Origin: a virus
Lineage: Duplodnaviria > Caudoviricetes
Strand: one strand, 5' to 3'
DNA: 57,109 nucleotides
Virus record (IMG/VR): IMGVR_UViG_3300050343_000003
Coordinates: 1 to 57,109 of that record
Numbering within the stretch: position 1 is the first letter of the stretch; each line of letters begins with the position of its first letter. This document shows, piece by piece, positions 10,204 through 20,099 of this stretch. The notes beneath the pieces are model-generated. The model had not been told where the DNA came from, ran no database searches, and saw only the letters and a program-made list of their open reading frames with translations. A program made the position numbers and the translations under genes.

Positions 10204-10486
10204 TTGTGCTTCTCTTTGTATACCTCTATGAGTTTGTTTAGATACCATTGTGCCTTTTGTAAATCTTCTAGGCCACCCTTGTAGTCATATCTCCATACGT
10301 ACTTTAGTATGTTACCTTGTAGGTATCCTTCTTTGTTGTGGTTAGTTGCAGCAAGGATAGCATCAATACATTCTATACCTGCTTGGTTATAGTGTGGTGG
10401 ATGGTTTACTAAATCTTTTTCCATTTCATCAAAGTCCTTAAACATATCTCTACATCAAAGTCTATTTCAAACTCTTCTTCTGTCAT
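10200..10486 (-). CDS. DUF3310 (T7 gp1.7-like nucleotide kinase family) protein, apparent 1-nt deletion near 10447
   Basis: VNHPPHY...IECID...GNILKYVWR..YKGG.EDLQKA.WYL; coupled upstream ATG at 10486 is one base out of frame. Confidence 0.8.
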
Positions 10487-10839
10487 GCTTCACCTAACGT
10501 CTTTGTCCACTTGGTTAATTTAATTACGTTACCTTCTGTTTCATAATCCATTTCTTTAGAAAGTTCAACCTGTGTTTCAGCATATTGTTTAGGAAACATT
10601 TCCTTTAACAGTTCATGCCTTGCATCATCAAAGTATTCTATCAGATCAGGATACTCTTCCAGTACCTCAGATGCTGCTGCCATAGTCAGTGCATAATCCA
10701 TAGCTGCTCTCATAGCTATAGGGTGTTGCTCATCACCAAAGATTAAACCTGTCTTTAGTATACCTGTCCATGATCCATCTTCTTCTGTCTCAGGGCTGAT
10801 GATTATAGCAACGTCACCATCCTTTAGTTCGTAACCCAT
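10483..10839 (-). CDS. Hypothetical protein
   Basis: 118-aa ORF, coupled on both sides. Confidence 0.7.
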   Translation of the reverse strand: MGYELKDGDVAIIISPETEEDGSWTGILKTGLIFGDEQHPIAMRAAMDYALTMAAASEVLEEYPDLIEYFDDARHELLKEMFPKQYAETQVELSKEMDYETEGNVIKLTKWTKTLGEA

Positions 10840-11276
10840 TAGGTTCTCCTTTTAACTATGACACGCTGCACTTTCATGCGGTTGCCTTTTTCTAGTAGCC
10901 ACCCTTCAGGTATAACACGATGCGCCCACTTGAAGTTCTTCTGTTCACACCAGTCACAGTACCTAGACTTAGCTCCTTTATATAATCTTTGTTTAGCGTT
11001 GCTGAATACAAACCTGATGTCTAACTTAGGATGCTGTCTCTGTATCTCTATATGTTTGCGTCTATCTGCTGCACTAAATATTCCTTTGGTTTCTATTATG
11101 ATACCGTTGTCTAACTCAAAGTCAGGTGTGTATGTTCTATAGCGTAAGTCTTCCCACTCTATCTTTATCTTCTCATACTCTACTGTCTTCTGTCTAGTCT
11201 TTAGAAACGTAGCAGCCTCTTGTTCAAGACCGCTACGGTATAACATTTTGTTATGTCTACGTGGCAAGGCCATCAC
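10839..11276 (-). CDS. T7 gp3-like endonuclease I (junction resolvase)
   Basis: YRSGLE...YTPDF...IIETKG...DIRFVF. Confidence 0.9.
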   Translation of the reverse strand: MMALPRRHNKMLYRSGLEQEAATFLKTRQKTVEYEKIKIEWEDLRYRTYTPDFELDNGIIIETKGIFSAADRRKHIEIQRQHPKLDIRFVFSNAKQRLYKGAKSRYCDWCEQKNFKWAHRVIPEGWLLEKGNRMKVQRVIVKRRT

Positions 11277-12119
11277 CTATTAAAACGTAGTCAATCTGCG
11301 GTGGGTTCTTAGCCTTAGATACTCTTGATGGTATTGTTTTTAAAGTATCCCAACACTTATGTTTGAAGCTACAAAATCTACAGGAACTATTGAGTACCAT
11401 GTTACCTGTTTGCTTCTTGTAGAATGTCTCAGGCACAGGCTTGAAGCATCTTTCAAACGGTTCATCTTTCTCTATATAATTTACCGTTTCCTGGATATCT
11501 TCTATGACCTTATCAGAGTCAACCTCCGAAGCACTGACATACTTAAACTCACCGTTGCCTTTGTTGACCACCCACCAACCGCCTACTTCCTTTCCTGCAG
11601 CCTTAGAGTAACCTACTAATTGTGGTATGTATCCGAAGCCATCACCCTTTTGTAATGCTTCGAATGAGTCAAACTTATTTGTGTATGACCAAGGTGATGC
11701 AGACTTAACATCATCTATCTTGCCATCCATTTCCATGTCGTACTCACCCTTGATCTCCTGTCCATCAGGTAGCTTGAGTGTGACAGTATCATTGTCTTTG
11801 AACTCAGCACCTGCTGCACGTAGTAACCCTTTGAACACAGCTTCAACTAGATCACCTAGTATCATGTTCATCAGGAAGTGTGGAGGCAAAGGTAACTTAT
11901 CTTCAGGGTCATTCTTTTCAAACCACAACTGGCACTTAGGTCTGCCTATGTTAGACATACGTAGTCTGAACGCATCACGTGGTGGTGAGTTAAACTGCTT
12001 GTTCAAGCAGCCTTAACATCGGAGGCAACCAAGTCGGTCACCTCCTCTGTCATTGTAGCTTCACCCTTCATAGCCTTTTGCAAGTAGCTAAAGACTTGTA
12101 GTTCAGCAGGGTGATTCAT
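11257..12119 (-). CDS. PD-(D/E)xK exonuclease (Cas4-like), frameshifted near 12007
   Basis: RMSNIG.P.C, GEYD...DDVKS, Q...Y, C-terminal CRFC...C; N-terminus MNHPAELQ... from 12119 is one base out of frame. Confidence 0.8.
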
Positions 12120-12994
12120 TACTCAGCCACCTCTACGAAGTCATTGTTGAGGATCTCACCGACAAGTTCTGCATCATTATCTGTACCCATCTTGGCACGT
12201 TCATGGTGTAGATCTAGTATCTTACCGTTGCTAAACTCAATAAGTTCTAAGAAGTCTTTGAGTGTGTCGTTGTCTTCCTTGGCAAGTTCTACACTATCAC
12301 CTGTGCTTGCTTGTATCTTACCAAACTTAGCACCAGTAGGTATGCTATCTTCGATACCTTCTAGCTTGATGGTAGACATGATAGGTAACATGTTCTTCTT
12401 CTTGAAGTTACTCATCACACCATTGATACTCTTCAGGCTGTCACGGTTCTTTACATCCATGACAAACGGTATAGTTGCTGCAGCATCTACTGGCTCACCC
12501 TTCTCATTCATAGGGCTGTCCAATGAAACAGTACCGTAGTACACCATGACACGCTTGACTGAGCGCATCAGTTGCTTGGTTGCATCAGGTAGTGAGTTGA
12601 AGTCTTCGATGTAACCTGATGGTCTACCTAAGTTGAAGCCACCAATGCTATCCTTCAAGTCACCGTTGAGAGAGTTAGACATCACAGACTTCTCCATCTC
12701 TTCTGTCTCACTGTTCCATCTCTGCCATTGATTGCGTTGGGCAAAGACACGAACTGTAGCACCATTACTGTAGACTATATCATCCCCTGTCTTGAGGGTG
12801 AATGCACCTACTGGTACTACCTCTGTCTTTATCATCTTACCATTGAGATCTACCTCACCCATGATAGGTTGATGTAACATTCCTAAACGTGATATGGATG
12901 GCAGGAAGTCTGCGTTACTTGTCTTGACAGACACACCCATTAGTTCAGCCATTGATTGACCACGTTCATTTGCTACTGCTAGTTCATTACTCAT
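12119..12994 (-). CDS. Replication protein, possible ssDNA-binding protein
   Basis: 291 aa between PolA and exonuclease; acidic C-terminus. Confidence 0.5.
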   Translation of the reverse strand: MSNELAVANERGQSMAELMGVSVKTSNADFLPSISRLGMLHQPIMGEVDLNGKMIKTEVVPVGAFTLKTGDDIVYSNGATVRVFAQRNQWQRWNSETEEMEKSVMSNSLNGDLKDSIGGFNLGRPSGYIEDFNSLPDATKQLMRSVKRVMVYYGTVSLDSPMNEKGEPVDAAATIPFVMDVKNRDSLKSINGVMSNFKKKNMLPIMSTIKLEGIEDSIPTGAKFGKIQASTGDSVELAKEDNDTLKDFLELIEFSNGKILDLHHERAKMGTDNDAELVGEILNNDFVEVAE

Positions 12995-13028
12995 TCTATA
13001 TCCTTTTTTATAGAGTCAAAGAGATCTT

Positions 13029-13057
13029 AGTTATACACTAAACATCCACTGTGTCAA
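13029..13057 (-). promoter_or_regulatory. Promoter-like motif TTGACA-N16-TATAACT
   Basis: Overlaps polA 3' end, upstream of 12994 gene; same architecture at three other sites. Confidence 0.7.
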
Positions 13058-15090
13058 GCCAATTCTCTCCTATCTTTGCTTCTAAAAGCATTGGTACATT
13101 CATCTTTATTCCATATGTCTCCTCTATTATTTTGTTTAAATCCTGGTTCATAGTCCACACCATTGACAATACTAAGTCTTTCTCGTCAGGGTGTACGTCA
13201 ACCACCATAGAATCGTGTACAGTATTGACTAAACACGACTTCATATGTCGCAAACGTTCATGCATCTCATTCAACACCACTGGTACTACGTCACCTGTAG
13301 CAAAGCCTTGCACTGGGTAGTTCTTTATCATAGTGAAGTGAGTTGGTATACCACTGTGACGTCTTGTCACATCAGGGAAAGCGTATTGTCTACCTGATAT
13401 GTTTGTTATCTTGAGGAAGCGTAGTGCCTCATCAGCTAGGTTACTGTGCCAGTTGGCTATCCCTTTGTACTTATCATTGAAGTGCTTGTAGTACGTAGCC
13501 TCTGCTTTTGTACGTCCGTAACCGCTTGCTCCAAAGAGTGGTGCGAACGTGTGTTCTTTAGCTGCTTGACGTGTTGTTGGTTGCCCTGCATCAGTAATAA
13601 CTTTTGCTGTGTAAGCATGTACATCGAAGCCAGTTGAAATTTCTTGCATCGCTGTTTCATCCTGTGCCAAGAACGCTGCTGTCCTAAATTCGAGTTGTGC
13701 AAAGTCTGCCTCCATAATTAATCCGTTGTCAAATCTTGATACAAATACTTTCTTTACTGGGAATGTACCTCCTCTTGGCATGTTCTGCATGTTGGGATTT
13801 CTTCCACTGAAACGTCCTGTGGCTGTAATGTGTTGGGTAAGTCCAACGTGCAGGAATCCATTGTCCTTTGTGTATGTTCGTATTCCGTTGACAAAAGCAG
13901 ATAGATAAGAAGAGATAGCATTGTGACGTTTAAGATCAGAAAGGAAACTGATAGCTTCGTCCATTCTATTTTGTTTAGCAGTTGAAGATAGTACATCTAG
14001 TTCATCCTTCCCTGTGTTAAATCCATTGGCACTGACCCACTTCTTGCTTGGTGCAGTGAAGCGTAGCCCTGCTACTTGTTCTGTGTTCTTTAGTTTGTAC
14101 CCTTGTGCATCACAATCCTTGCATCTATTAGCTCTTGCAAACTTTGTTCCATCTTTCTTAGTTCTGAATACCTTACCCTGCCCTTCGCAACTTGTGCAGG
14201 TGTAAGCCGTTGTCCTGTAGATCGGTGAGGAGTTGGCTGCAACGGCATCCTTAAACTCTTCTTGTGTTTGTGTGAACTCGAAGAGATCAGCCCATTCCTT
14301 CTTGTCATGTACCCTTCTGCTGAAGAGGACTTGTGACTTCTGTTCAGGTGACCGAAGGTTAATCGGAGTGTCGCCCATAACTTCCCTGACTTTCTTTTGC
14401 AGACGTGTTTCGATCTCAGCTTTCTCATGCTCGTACTCCTTTGCTACTCTGTCCAACTCTTGAAGATCGACTTTGAATCCAGCCATATAGATTTCTGTAA
14501 GGGTTTTACAGGTGTTGAAGGTAACACGTCTAACGGTATTGAGAGAGGCGGCATCGGGTTGGCTGTATTCTTTTTCTTGGGCATGGAACAACTCGCAAGT
14601 AGTAAGCAAATCATACTTGAGATAATCACAAAGCTCCTCATAAGGTATTTCATTTGTGTTCTTTCCTTCCTTAAAGTATTTCTTTAGTGTGTCTTGCTTT
14701 CTTAAATGTTAACTGCCTACGTTCCGCACAAGCCTCAAGGCTTAGACCTCTTCTCTGTCCACGATCTAGTATATACTCACCAAGCATAGTGTCATAGATG
14801 TCACCATCATATTTGTAACCACACTCCCACAACCACATCAAGTCGTGCTGTGCGTTGTGCATTATCAGTAGCTTGGTATTGTCTAGTGTCCACTGTATCT
14901 CTAGTCTTTCAAATCCTATATCATCTTTTGATTCGTTATGATCTAGTGTTCTGATAGAGAGAGTAGCTTCAGGATCATCGGCATCAAGATAGCCTACCTG
15001 TACTAGATAGTTGTCAGGTTCAAACGGATCTAGGTGTAACTTATCGTCACGCTTTGTTGTCGTATTCTCTACGTCTAACACCAACCTCAT
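13038..15090 (-). CDS. polA: Family A DNA polymerase with 3'-5' exonuclease and DnaJ-type zinc finger; split by an apparent 1-nt insertion near 14699
   Basis: Exo DVE, HNAQHDL, YDTML; CTSCEGQG and CKDCDAQG; TGRFSG, DFAQLEFR, KEHTFAPLFG, VHDS; removing one A joins both ORFs (~683 aa). Confidence 0.92.
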
Positions 15091-16307
15091 GCTGAATACA
15101 CTGATCTGGAACCGTCAAGCACACAAGTAATCTTACCTTGGAAGCCATTGAGTTTGTTCTTGGCTATGTTTAAGTATCTTATAGGATCATCCTCTTCTCC
15201 TTCTGCTTGTTGTGTCTTACCTATTAGTACCATGAGGTCAGCCTCTGCTGCCTTGCCTGTCTTACTACCTTCCATCATAGCTTGGTTCAGGTCAGCCCTG
15301 CCCTCTGCTTCTGCTGATAGCTGAGACATCCATATCACAGAGCAGTCATACTGCTTGGCTATGTTACGTGCATGGATAGCTGCTGCCTTGAGAGTTATGT
15401 CTGATCGTTCTGACCTGATGTCGGCAAACTTGTCGCCCATATCCAGGATAAGTATATCAGGACGTTCATACTTTACCACTGACTCAACCCAGTCCATACC
15501 CTTACCTGTGCTGTCCTTGAACTGTATGTTCTCTGACACAGGGTGGTATCTCTTGTTAGCCAGTGCTTTGTTGGTACGTACCTCAGTCATTGTCATGTTG
15601 GATGAGGCACTAATGTATCGTGCAGCTACACGTGTGTAAGCTTCCTCATTGCACAGCACTGTAACCTTTGCACCTTGTTGTGCGAAGCCACCGTCTGCTG
15701 CTACAAGTGAGGCGTGAAAGCTAGTCTTACCAGTATTAGGACGAGCGCCAACCAAGATAAGATGACCGCCACTGATACCCTCCACCCTACGAGCCAGACT
15801 GGATATGTTAAACTTCCATTTCGATTCAAGTGCCGTTGCATCAAGGATAGTATCAAGACTATGATCATCCCACTCGACACGAAGATTTGGAGTAAAGTCA
15901 TCTTTGTATTCCTCTAGTAGTTGACGTAAAGGTTCAAGGCTATTCTCTGCACCATTCACAAAGTCAAAGCCAAGGTTAGCTACAAGGTCACCAACGTGCT
16001 GCTGAAACAACTGAGACAATGTGTCCTCTGCTATCTCACCTTTGATAGGTTCAGCTATCTCAATACGCTTGAAGAGATCTTCATAAGCAGTACGTGTAGC
16101 GGTGGTCATGCTTGCATTGATACGGTTGAACACAGCCTGTAAGTCAGACACAGATAGGTCACCACCATATGTATCCATAGCTGCATCTAGTGCTTGCTTT
16201 ATCTTACGCACATCCTTGGTAAAGATTTTATCTGGGCATCGTATGCCTTTGTGTTGATCGTAAAAATCTTTACTGAGTAGCGTCTTTAGTAGTGCTAGTT
16301 CCATCAT
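15087..16307 (-). CDS. DnaB-like replicative helicase
   Basis: Walker A GARPNTGKT, ILILDMGD, SQL, AKNK. Confidence 0.9.
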   Translation of the reverse strand: MMELALLKTLLSKDFYDQHKGIRCPDKIFTKDVRKIKQALDAAMDTYGGDLSVSDLQAVFNRINASMTTATRTAYEDLFKRIEIAEPIKGEIAEDTLSQLFQQHVGDLVANLGFDFVNGAENSLEPLRQLLEEYKDDFTPNLRVEWDDHSLDTILDATALESKWKFNISSLARRVEGISGGHLILVGARPNTGKTSFHASLVAADGGFAQQGAKVTVLCNEEAYTRVAARYISASSNMTMTEVRTNKALANKRYHPVSENIQFKDSTGKGMDWVESVVKYERPDILILDMGDKFADIRSERSDITLKAAAIHARNIAKQYDCSVIWMSQLSAEAEGRADLNQAMMEGSKTGKAAEADLMVLIGKTQQAEGEEDDPIRYLNIAKNKLNGFQGKITCVLDGSRSVYSA

Positions 16308-16548
16308 CTCGATTCATCTCCTCTCGTTCCATTGATCTTCTTCGTTCCTCATCATCGAAGCTTCTTACTATTGGTACAGTTTTATTTGTATCAAAGTCTA
16401 CTATTATACCAGTGTTCCACTTAGCGCACTCCTCTTGTGCATCCTTTAAGTTGTCGAACAGTTTAGGTTTGGGGTAGTTCTCAAACACTGCACCCTCTGG
16501 TACATACATGATGTCACCATCAACGTCAATCACTATTGCTAATCTCAT
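16270..16548 (-). CDS. Hypothetical protein
   Basis: 92-aa ORF between primase and helicase. Confidence 0.6.
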   Translation of the reverse strand: MRLAIVIDVDGDIMYVPEGAVFENYPKPKLFDNLKDAQEECAKWNTGIIVDFDTNKTVPIVRSFDDEERRRSMEREEMNRDDGTSTTKDATQ

Positions 16549-17365
16549 TACATAACTCCTTTAGTTTCTCTAAGTCTTCTTCCATCTTATATTTGATATC
16601 ATCTTGTAGGTTCATAGCAGTTGTCTTACGTCCTGTCCACAACTCTATCTCTCTGCGATACTCTACTGTCTTACCAATAGCATCAGGATCAAGTGCAATG
16701 ATTACCTTGTCATACTCACCTATCTTCTCAAAATGTTTGGGGTTCATTGACGTACCCAGGATAGCCATAGCTGTGATGTATGGCATCTCTTGTACTGCAA
16801 TCACAGCAGACACAACGTCCTCAACTATGAGCAGGGTAGAGCCAGTACCTATTGTGTAGTAGTCAGCCTCACCTGTGTAGCGATACCACTTAGGGTTCTG
16901 CTTCTTACCTACTGCCCTACCTACAGCATCAACGATCCTACCTTCATGCTTGATAGGAAAGACTACACGTTCATCTTTGACATCATACATAGTATCACCC
17001 AACGCTATGCCCCAACGTCTTATGTAGCGTTGGTGCTTGGTGTGTGTTGCTTTAGGTGTGACTACATACTCAGGTATCTCCATAGTTTCTTTCGCTTTCT
17101 TTATGTTTGTATACGCACGTTTAAATTGTAACTCATTCATGTGTAGGAATATCTCTGCTGCTGTCATACCAGTGTCGTATATACCACCAACTCTACAGCC
17201 TAGCTTGAAACAGTTGTACTTTATGTCACCAAATATATTAGCTACAGTAAATGTATTCTTACCTCGACAGTCAGGTGAAGGGCAGTCACACCTGTGACGC
17301 TCACCATCCTTGAGGTCAAGGCTATTGATAAACTCTCTGATGTTAGTCTTCTTCACGTACACCAT
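16526..17365 (-). CDS. DNA primase (zinc finger plus TOPRIM)
   Basis: CPSPDC...NCFKLGC; IVEDVVSA and ALDPDA TOPRIM motifs; likely start MVYVKK at 17365. Confidence 0.88.
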   Translation of the reverse strand: MVYVKKTNIREFINSLDLKDGERHRCDCPSPDCRGKNTFTVANIFGDIKYNCFKLGCRVGGIYDTGMTAAEIFLHMNELQFKRAYTNIKKAKETMEIPEYVVTPKATHTKHQRYIRRWGIALGDTMYDVKDERVVFPIKHEGRIVDAVGRAVGKKQNPKWYRYTGEADYYTIGTGSTLLIVEDVVSAVIAVQEMPYITAMAILGTSMNPKHFEKIGEYDKVIIALDPDAIGKTVEYRREIELWTGRKTTAMNLQDDIKYKMEEDLEKLKELCNEISNSD

Positions 17366-18312
17366 GTTCTTAACTCCTCTCGCTGCTAGTGCCTTGCTTG
17401 CACCACTGAATGTGTTGACCATGTATGGCTTGACTGATGCTGTGTTCTCGCTGTGTGCCTTGTGCACCACTGAATGTGTTGACCTGCATGATACCTACTG
17501 CATGATATGTCAACACCACCTTCCATCATCTCAGTCACCGCTGTCCTACGTAGATCCATAGCCGTAAGTTCTTTAGGTAGATTAGCTTCGTCCAGGATCT
17601 TATTGATATATAACGATACTTCCTCTTTGTCATAGGGTGTGTATGCTCCTGCTCTTGGCTTGACTCTTGGTGCTACGTACTCTTGAAAGCCAAACTCCTC
17701 CTTCTGTTGACGTAACATTGAACACAAACCTTGAGAGATAGGGAGGTGTACCTCTGCATTACGTTTGCTCTGAGTCATATCAATACGACAATGGTTTAGG
17801 TCTAAACTATCCCATGTAAGTAGACGTATGTCACCTACACGTTGACCCCAGTCGTATGCCATATGCACAATCAGTCCAATGCTACGCCAACGAAAGTCAC
17901 TGTAAGATGTGTCAAGAAAGATTGACACTTGTTCACGACTCCAATGTACTCTCCTTGGTTTTTCTGCAACTGTCTCAACCAAAGAGATTGGATTATGAAT
18001 CATCACATCATGTCGCATGGCGTGTTTCCAAGCAGCAGATAATACACTGCGCCTGTAGTTAGCTGTGCGTGTACCAATCTGTAGCCATTGCTCATATGCT
18101 TGTGTGATGTGTCGAACCTTCAAGTTCTTACAGCGATATGCCCGAAGCATCTTGCCCTCTACCTCAGTAATCAAGGTAGCACTCAGATGGTTGTCGTAGT
18201 CTTTTTGTGAGGAGGAGGACAACCTACGATACACATCTGAGTTACGGTAGAAGTTTATCACCTCTTCCAGTGTGGCACTATGCTTCGGGATATTCTTATA
18301 TTTGTTTACCAT
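17343..18312 (-). CDS. int: Tyrosine recombinase/integrase, 3' end scrambled
   Basis: GQRVGDIR, QSKR, MDLRRT; the GIMQV and VKPY (catalytic Tyr) segments lie in other frames around 17400-17510; end coordinate approximate. Confidence 0.85.
17399..17484. repeat. 22-bp direct repeat TGCACCACTGAATGTGTTGACC
   Basis: Copies at 17399-17420 and 17463-17484; also CTGCATGATA at 17484-17493 and 17498-17507. Confidence 0.9.
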
Positions 18313-18695
18313 CTTCTCCTAACCTTCCAGTAAGCCCAAGCTCTACTACAATGTCCATCCCCTAGCAATGCGTCTAATGGACGCACTACATTAGGTTTAT
18401 TGTTTCTCTTCCAATCCCAGTTTCTTGCGGAGAAAGTTTGATTTAGTCTTCCTCCTAGTATTACGTTTGTTAGTACGCTCATCGCTATCAGTACCCTTAC
18501 GAGGTAGGTTACCCACCCAATGTGTAACATCATCGAAAGGCGTGTTCGTATCCTCTGCATCGTCATCACTTTCCATTTAGATTTGCTATCCACAATAAGA
18601 CAAAGCCTATTGTCCATGCCACTGCTAGTACCAATGGGAATGCTGCTGCTAAAAGTTCGGAACCCATAGTATGCCCTCCTGTTTATCCTGTTCAT
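18306..18695 (-). CDS. Hypothetical protein (true start probably downstream, near MMLHIG)
   Basis: SVLTNVILGG..NQTFSARN..W...HC..AW C-terminal block. Confidence 0.55.
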   Translation of the reverse strand: MNRINRRAYYGFRTFSSSIPIGTSSGMDNRLCLIVDSKSKWKVMTMQRIRTRLSMMLHIGWVTYLVRVLIAMSVLTNVILGGRLNQTFSARNWDWKRNNKPNVVRPLDALLGDGHCSRAWAYWKVRRRW

Positions 18696-18819
18696 ATAGT
18701 TTTACTTCTTGCTCATGTAGCTTGGCTTCATCATCTTTGCCATCCCACCAAGCATCATCTGCCCTACGTCTACACTCATTGAGTACCCTGTCTATGGGTA
18801 CAACCTTACTGACTCTCAT
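18649..18819 (-). CDS. 56-aa hypothetical protein (not in ORF track)
   Basis: MRVSKVVPIDRV...GILWVPNF*, GGAGG RBS. Confidence 0.65.
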   Translation of the reverse strand: MRVSKVVPIDRVLNECRRRADDAWWDGKDDEAKLHEQEVKLYEQDKQEGILWVPNF

Positions 18820-18961
18820 GTTCCCTCCTCCTTATCTCTACAGTTAAGTCTTTGAATACATTTAGATACCGTAGTTCATAGCGTACAGCATCCATACGAT
18901 GCTTGAATGAGTGGTAACCAAACCACTTACCATTCTTACCAAACCATACTTCATAAGACAT
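18806..18961 (-). CDS. 51-aa hypothetical protein (not in ORF track)
   Basis: MSYEVWFGKNGKWFG...ESQ*, TAATG-coupled to upstream gene. Confidence 0.6.
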   Translation of the reverse strand: MSYEVWFGKNGKWFGYHSFKHRMDAVRYELRYLNVFKDLTVEIRRREHESQ

Positions 18962-19248
18962 TAGCACTTCTCCTTTTTAACTTTGTCAGTTCCTATGTAA
19001 TAAGTTTTATCAGATCCCCAGCATACGTCAAGTGGTTTTATTCTACCGTTAGGTAATGCCATTCCTGGATACTTGTAATGTGGGTTAGCTTTCAAGAACT
19101 CTCTTAGTTCTTCTACTTCCATCTTGCGTTGGGCATGACGTAACTCTTGGACACACGCTGCCCTGCCTGTCCAGTGATCGTGCTTGTCCATGCAATACTT
19201 ATGGATAGGGTTCTGTTCTTCAATCACTGCTAGTAGTAGCTCTATCAT
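18961..19248 (-). CDS. Hypothetical protein
   Basis: 95-aa ORF in early operon. Confidence 0.6.
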   Translation of the reverse strand: MIELLLAVIEEQNPIHKYCMDKHDHWTGRAACVQELRHAQRKMEVEELREFLKANPHYKYPGMALPNGRIKPLDVCWGSDKTYYIGTDKVKKEKC

Positions 19249-19537
19249 CTATCAATCCTTTCCTTAACATTTCTTTTGCATCATCGTACTGCCCTCGTAG
19301 CATACAGTCATGCGCCCACCTAAACCATGACATTGCTTCCTTGTTAGGCTTACCAGTTCTTACCTCTTCCAAGGTAGGACTACTGGCTAGACTACCCACC
19401 TGATTAAGATTGAGAAACCCTAACAGGTTAGGCTTGTCAGTTGGTACATCGACAGTGCTGTAGTCCTTGCCGCAATACTTACGTGCGTCAGCTTGTGTAC
19501 CTGCCCACACACCATTGCTATTCTTGTACAGTTTCAT
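19220..19537 (-). CDS. Hypothetical protein
   Basis: 105-aa ORF with AAGGAG RBS. Confidence 0.65.
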   Translation of the reverse strand: MKLYKNSNGVWAGTQADARKYCGKDYSTVDVPTDKPNLLGFLNLNQVGSLASSPTLEEVRTGKPNKEAMSWFRWAHDCMLRGQYDDAKEMLRKGLIDDRATTSSD

Positions 19538-20099
19538 TAGTGTTCTCCTTGAATTTATCTCTAGCTACACCTGTGTCTTTAGATAGTTTATCAGCTATAG
19601 CTTTTGCTAATTCTTTATCATCACAATCAATAATTATTTCCATGTTAAGTCTCCATCTTGATCTGTATCCCTTGTGTATCTGTCTCTTTGGCTTTGCCTC
19701 TTGATGCATACCTTTGTCAATCATTTCTCTAGCCCAAGAGTATGAGATACCCCAATGCCTAGCCGCTTGTGCTACACTATCAAAGTTATTACCAAACAAC
19801 CTACAAGGTTTACCTTTCTGTATCCCATACGCATATTGATTTAGTCTTGTAGGCTCATGCTTTACACGTTGATGTGCGTTAGTGTTTGTTGGTTGCATTA
19901 TACATTTCATCTCTTGCTGTAAGTGACCTATGATTACCATAGCTTCAGCGTTCTGTTCTATTAGTTTCTTGTTCTTAACGTACTGTAGATTGAGTTGTCC
20001 TTGTAAGTCACGCACATTACGCTGAAGTATTTCTATTGTATTAGCCTGAGATAGTATTACCTTTCTGTTTTTCTCAGCTTCCATTTCATCAGGTAGCAT
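19518..20099 (-). CDS. Hypothetical protein with coiled coil and NUMOD1-like HTH; possibly fused small genes
   Basis: FDSVAQAARHWGIS; internal GGAG RBS plus ATG before MEIIID. Confidence 0.5.
   Translation of the reverse strand: MLPDEMEAEKNRKVILSQANTIEILQRNVRDLQGQLNLQYVKNKKLIEQNAEAMVIIGHLQQEMKCIMQPTNTNAHQRVKHEPTRLNQYAYGIQKGKPCRLFGNNFDSVAQAARHWGISYSWAREMIDKGMHQEAKPKRQIHKGYRSRWRLNMEIIIDCDDKELAKAIADKLSKDTGVARDKFKENTNETVQE

Noticed and set aside
11257-12119. Cas4-like nuclease as evidence of CRISPR-Cas
   Set aside because: Ordinary phage replication exonuclease; no repeat-spacer array or other cas genes
12995-13037. attP or tRNA-like core downstream of polA
   Set aside because: No recognisable tRNA fragment; sequence is explained by the promoter motif and RBS; attP cannot be located without a host genome
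14444-14653. 69-aa ORF with lipobox-like LLASC inside polA
   Set aside because: Lies in an alternative frame of essential polA sequence; no independent support
17386-17470. N-terminal extension of primase in the ORF track (MVHKAHSE...)
   Set aside because: It encodes the displaced integrase C-terminus (VKPY); primase more plausibly starts at 17365
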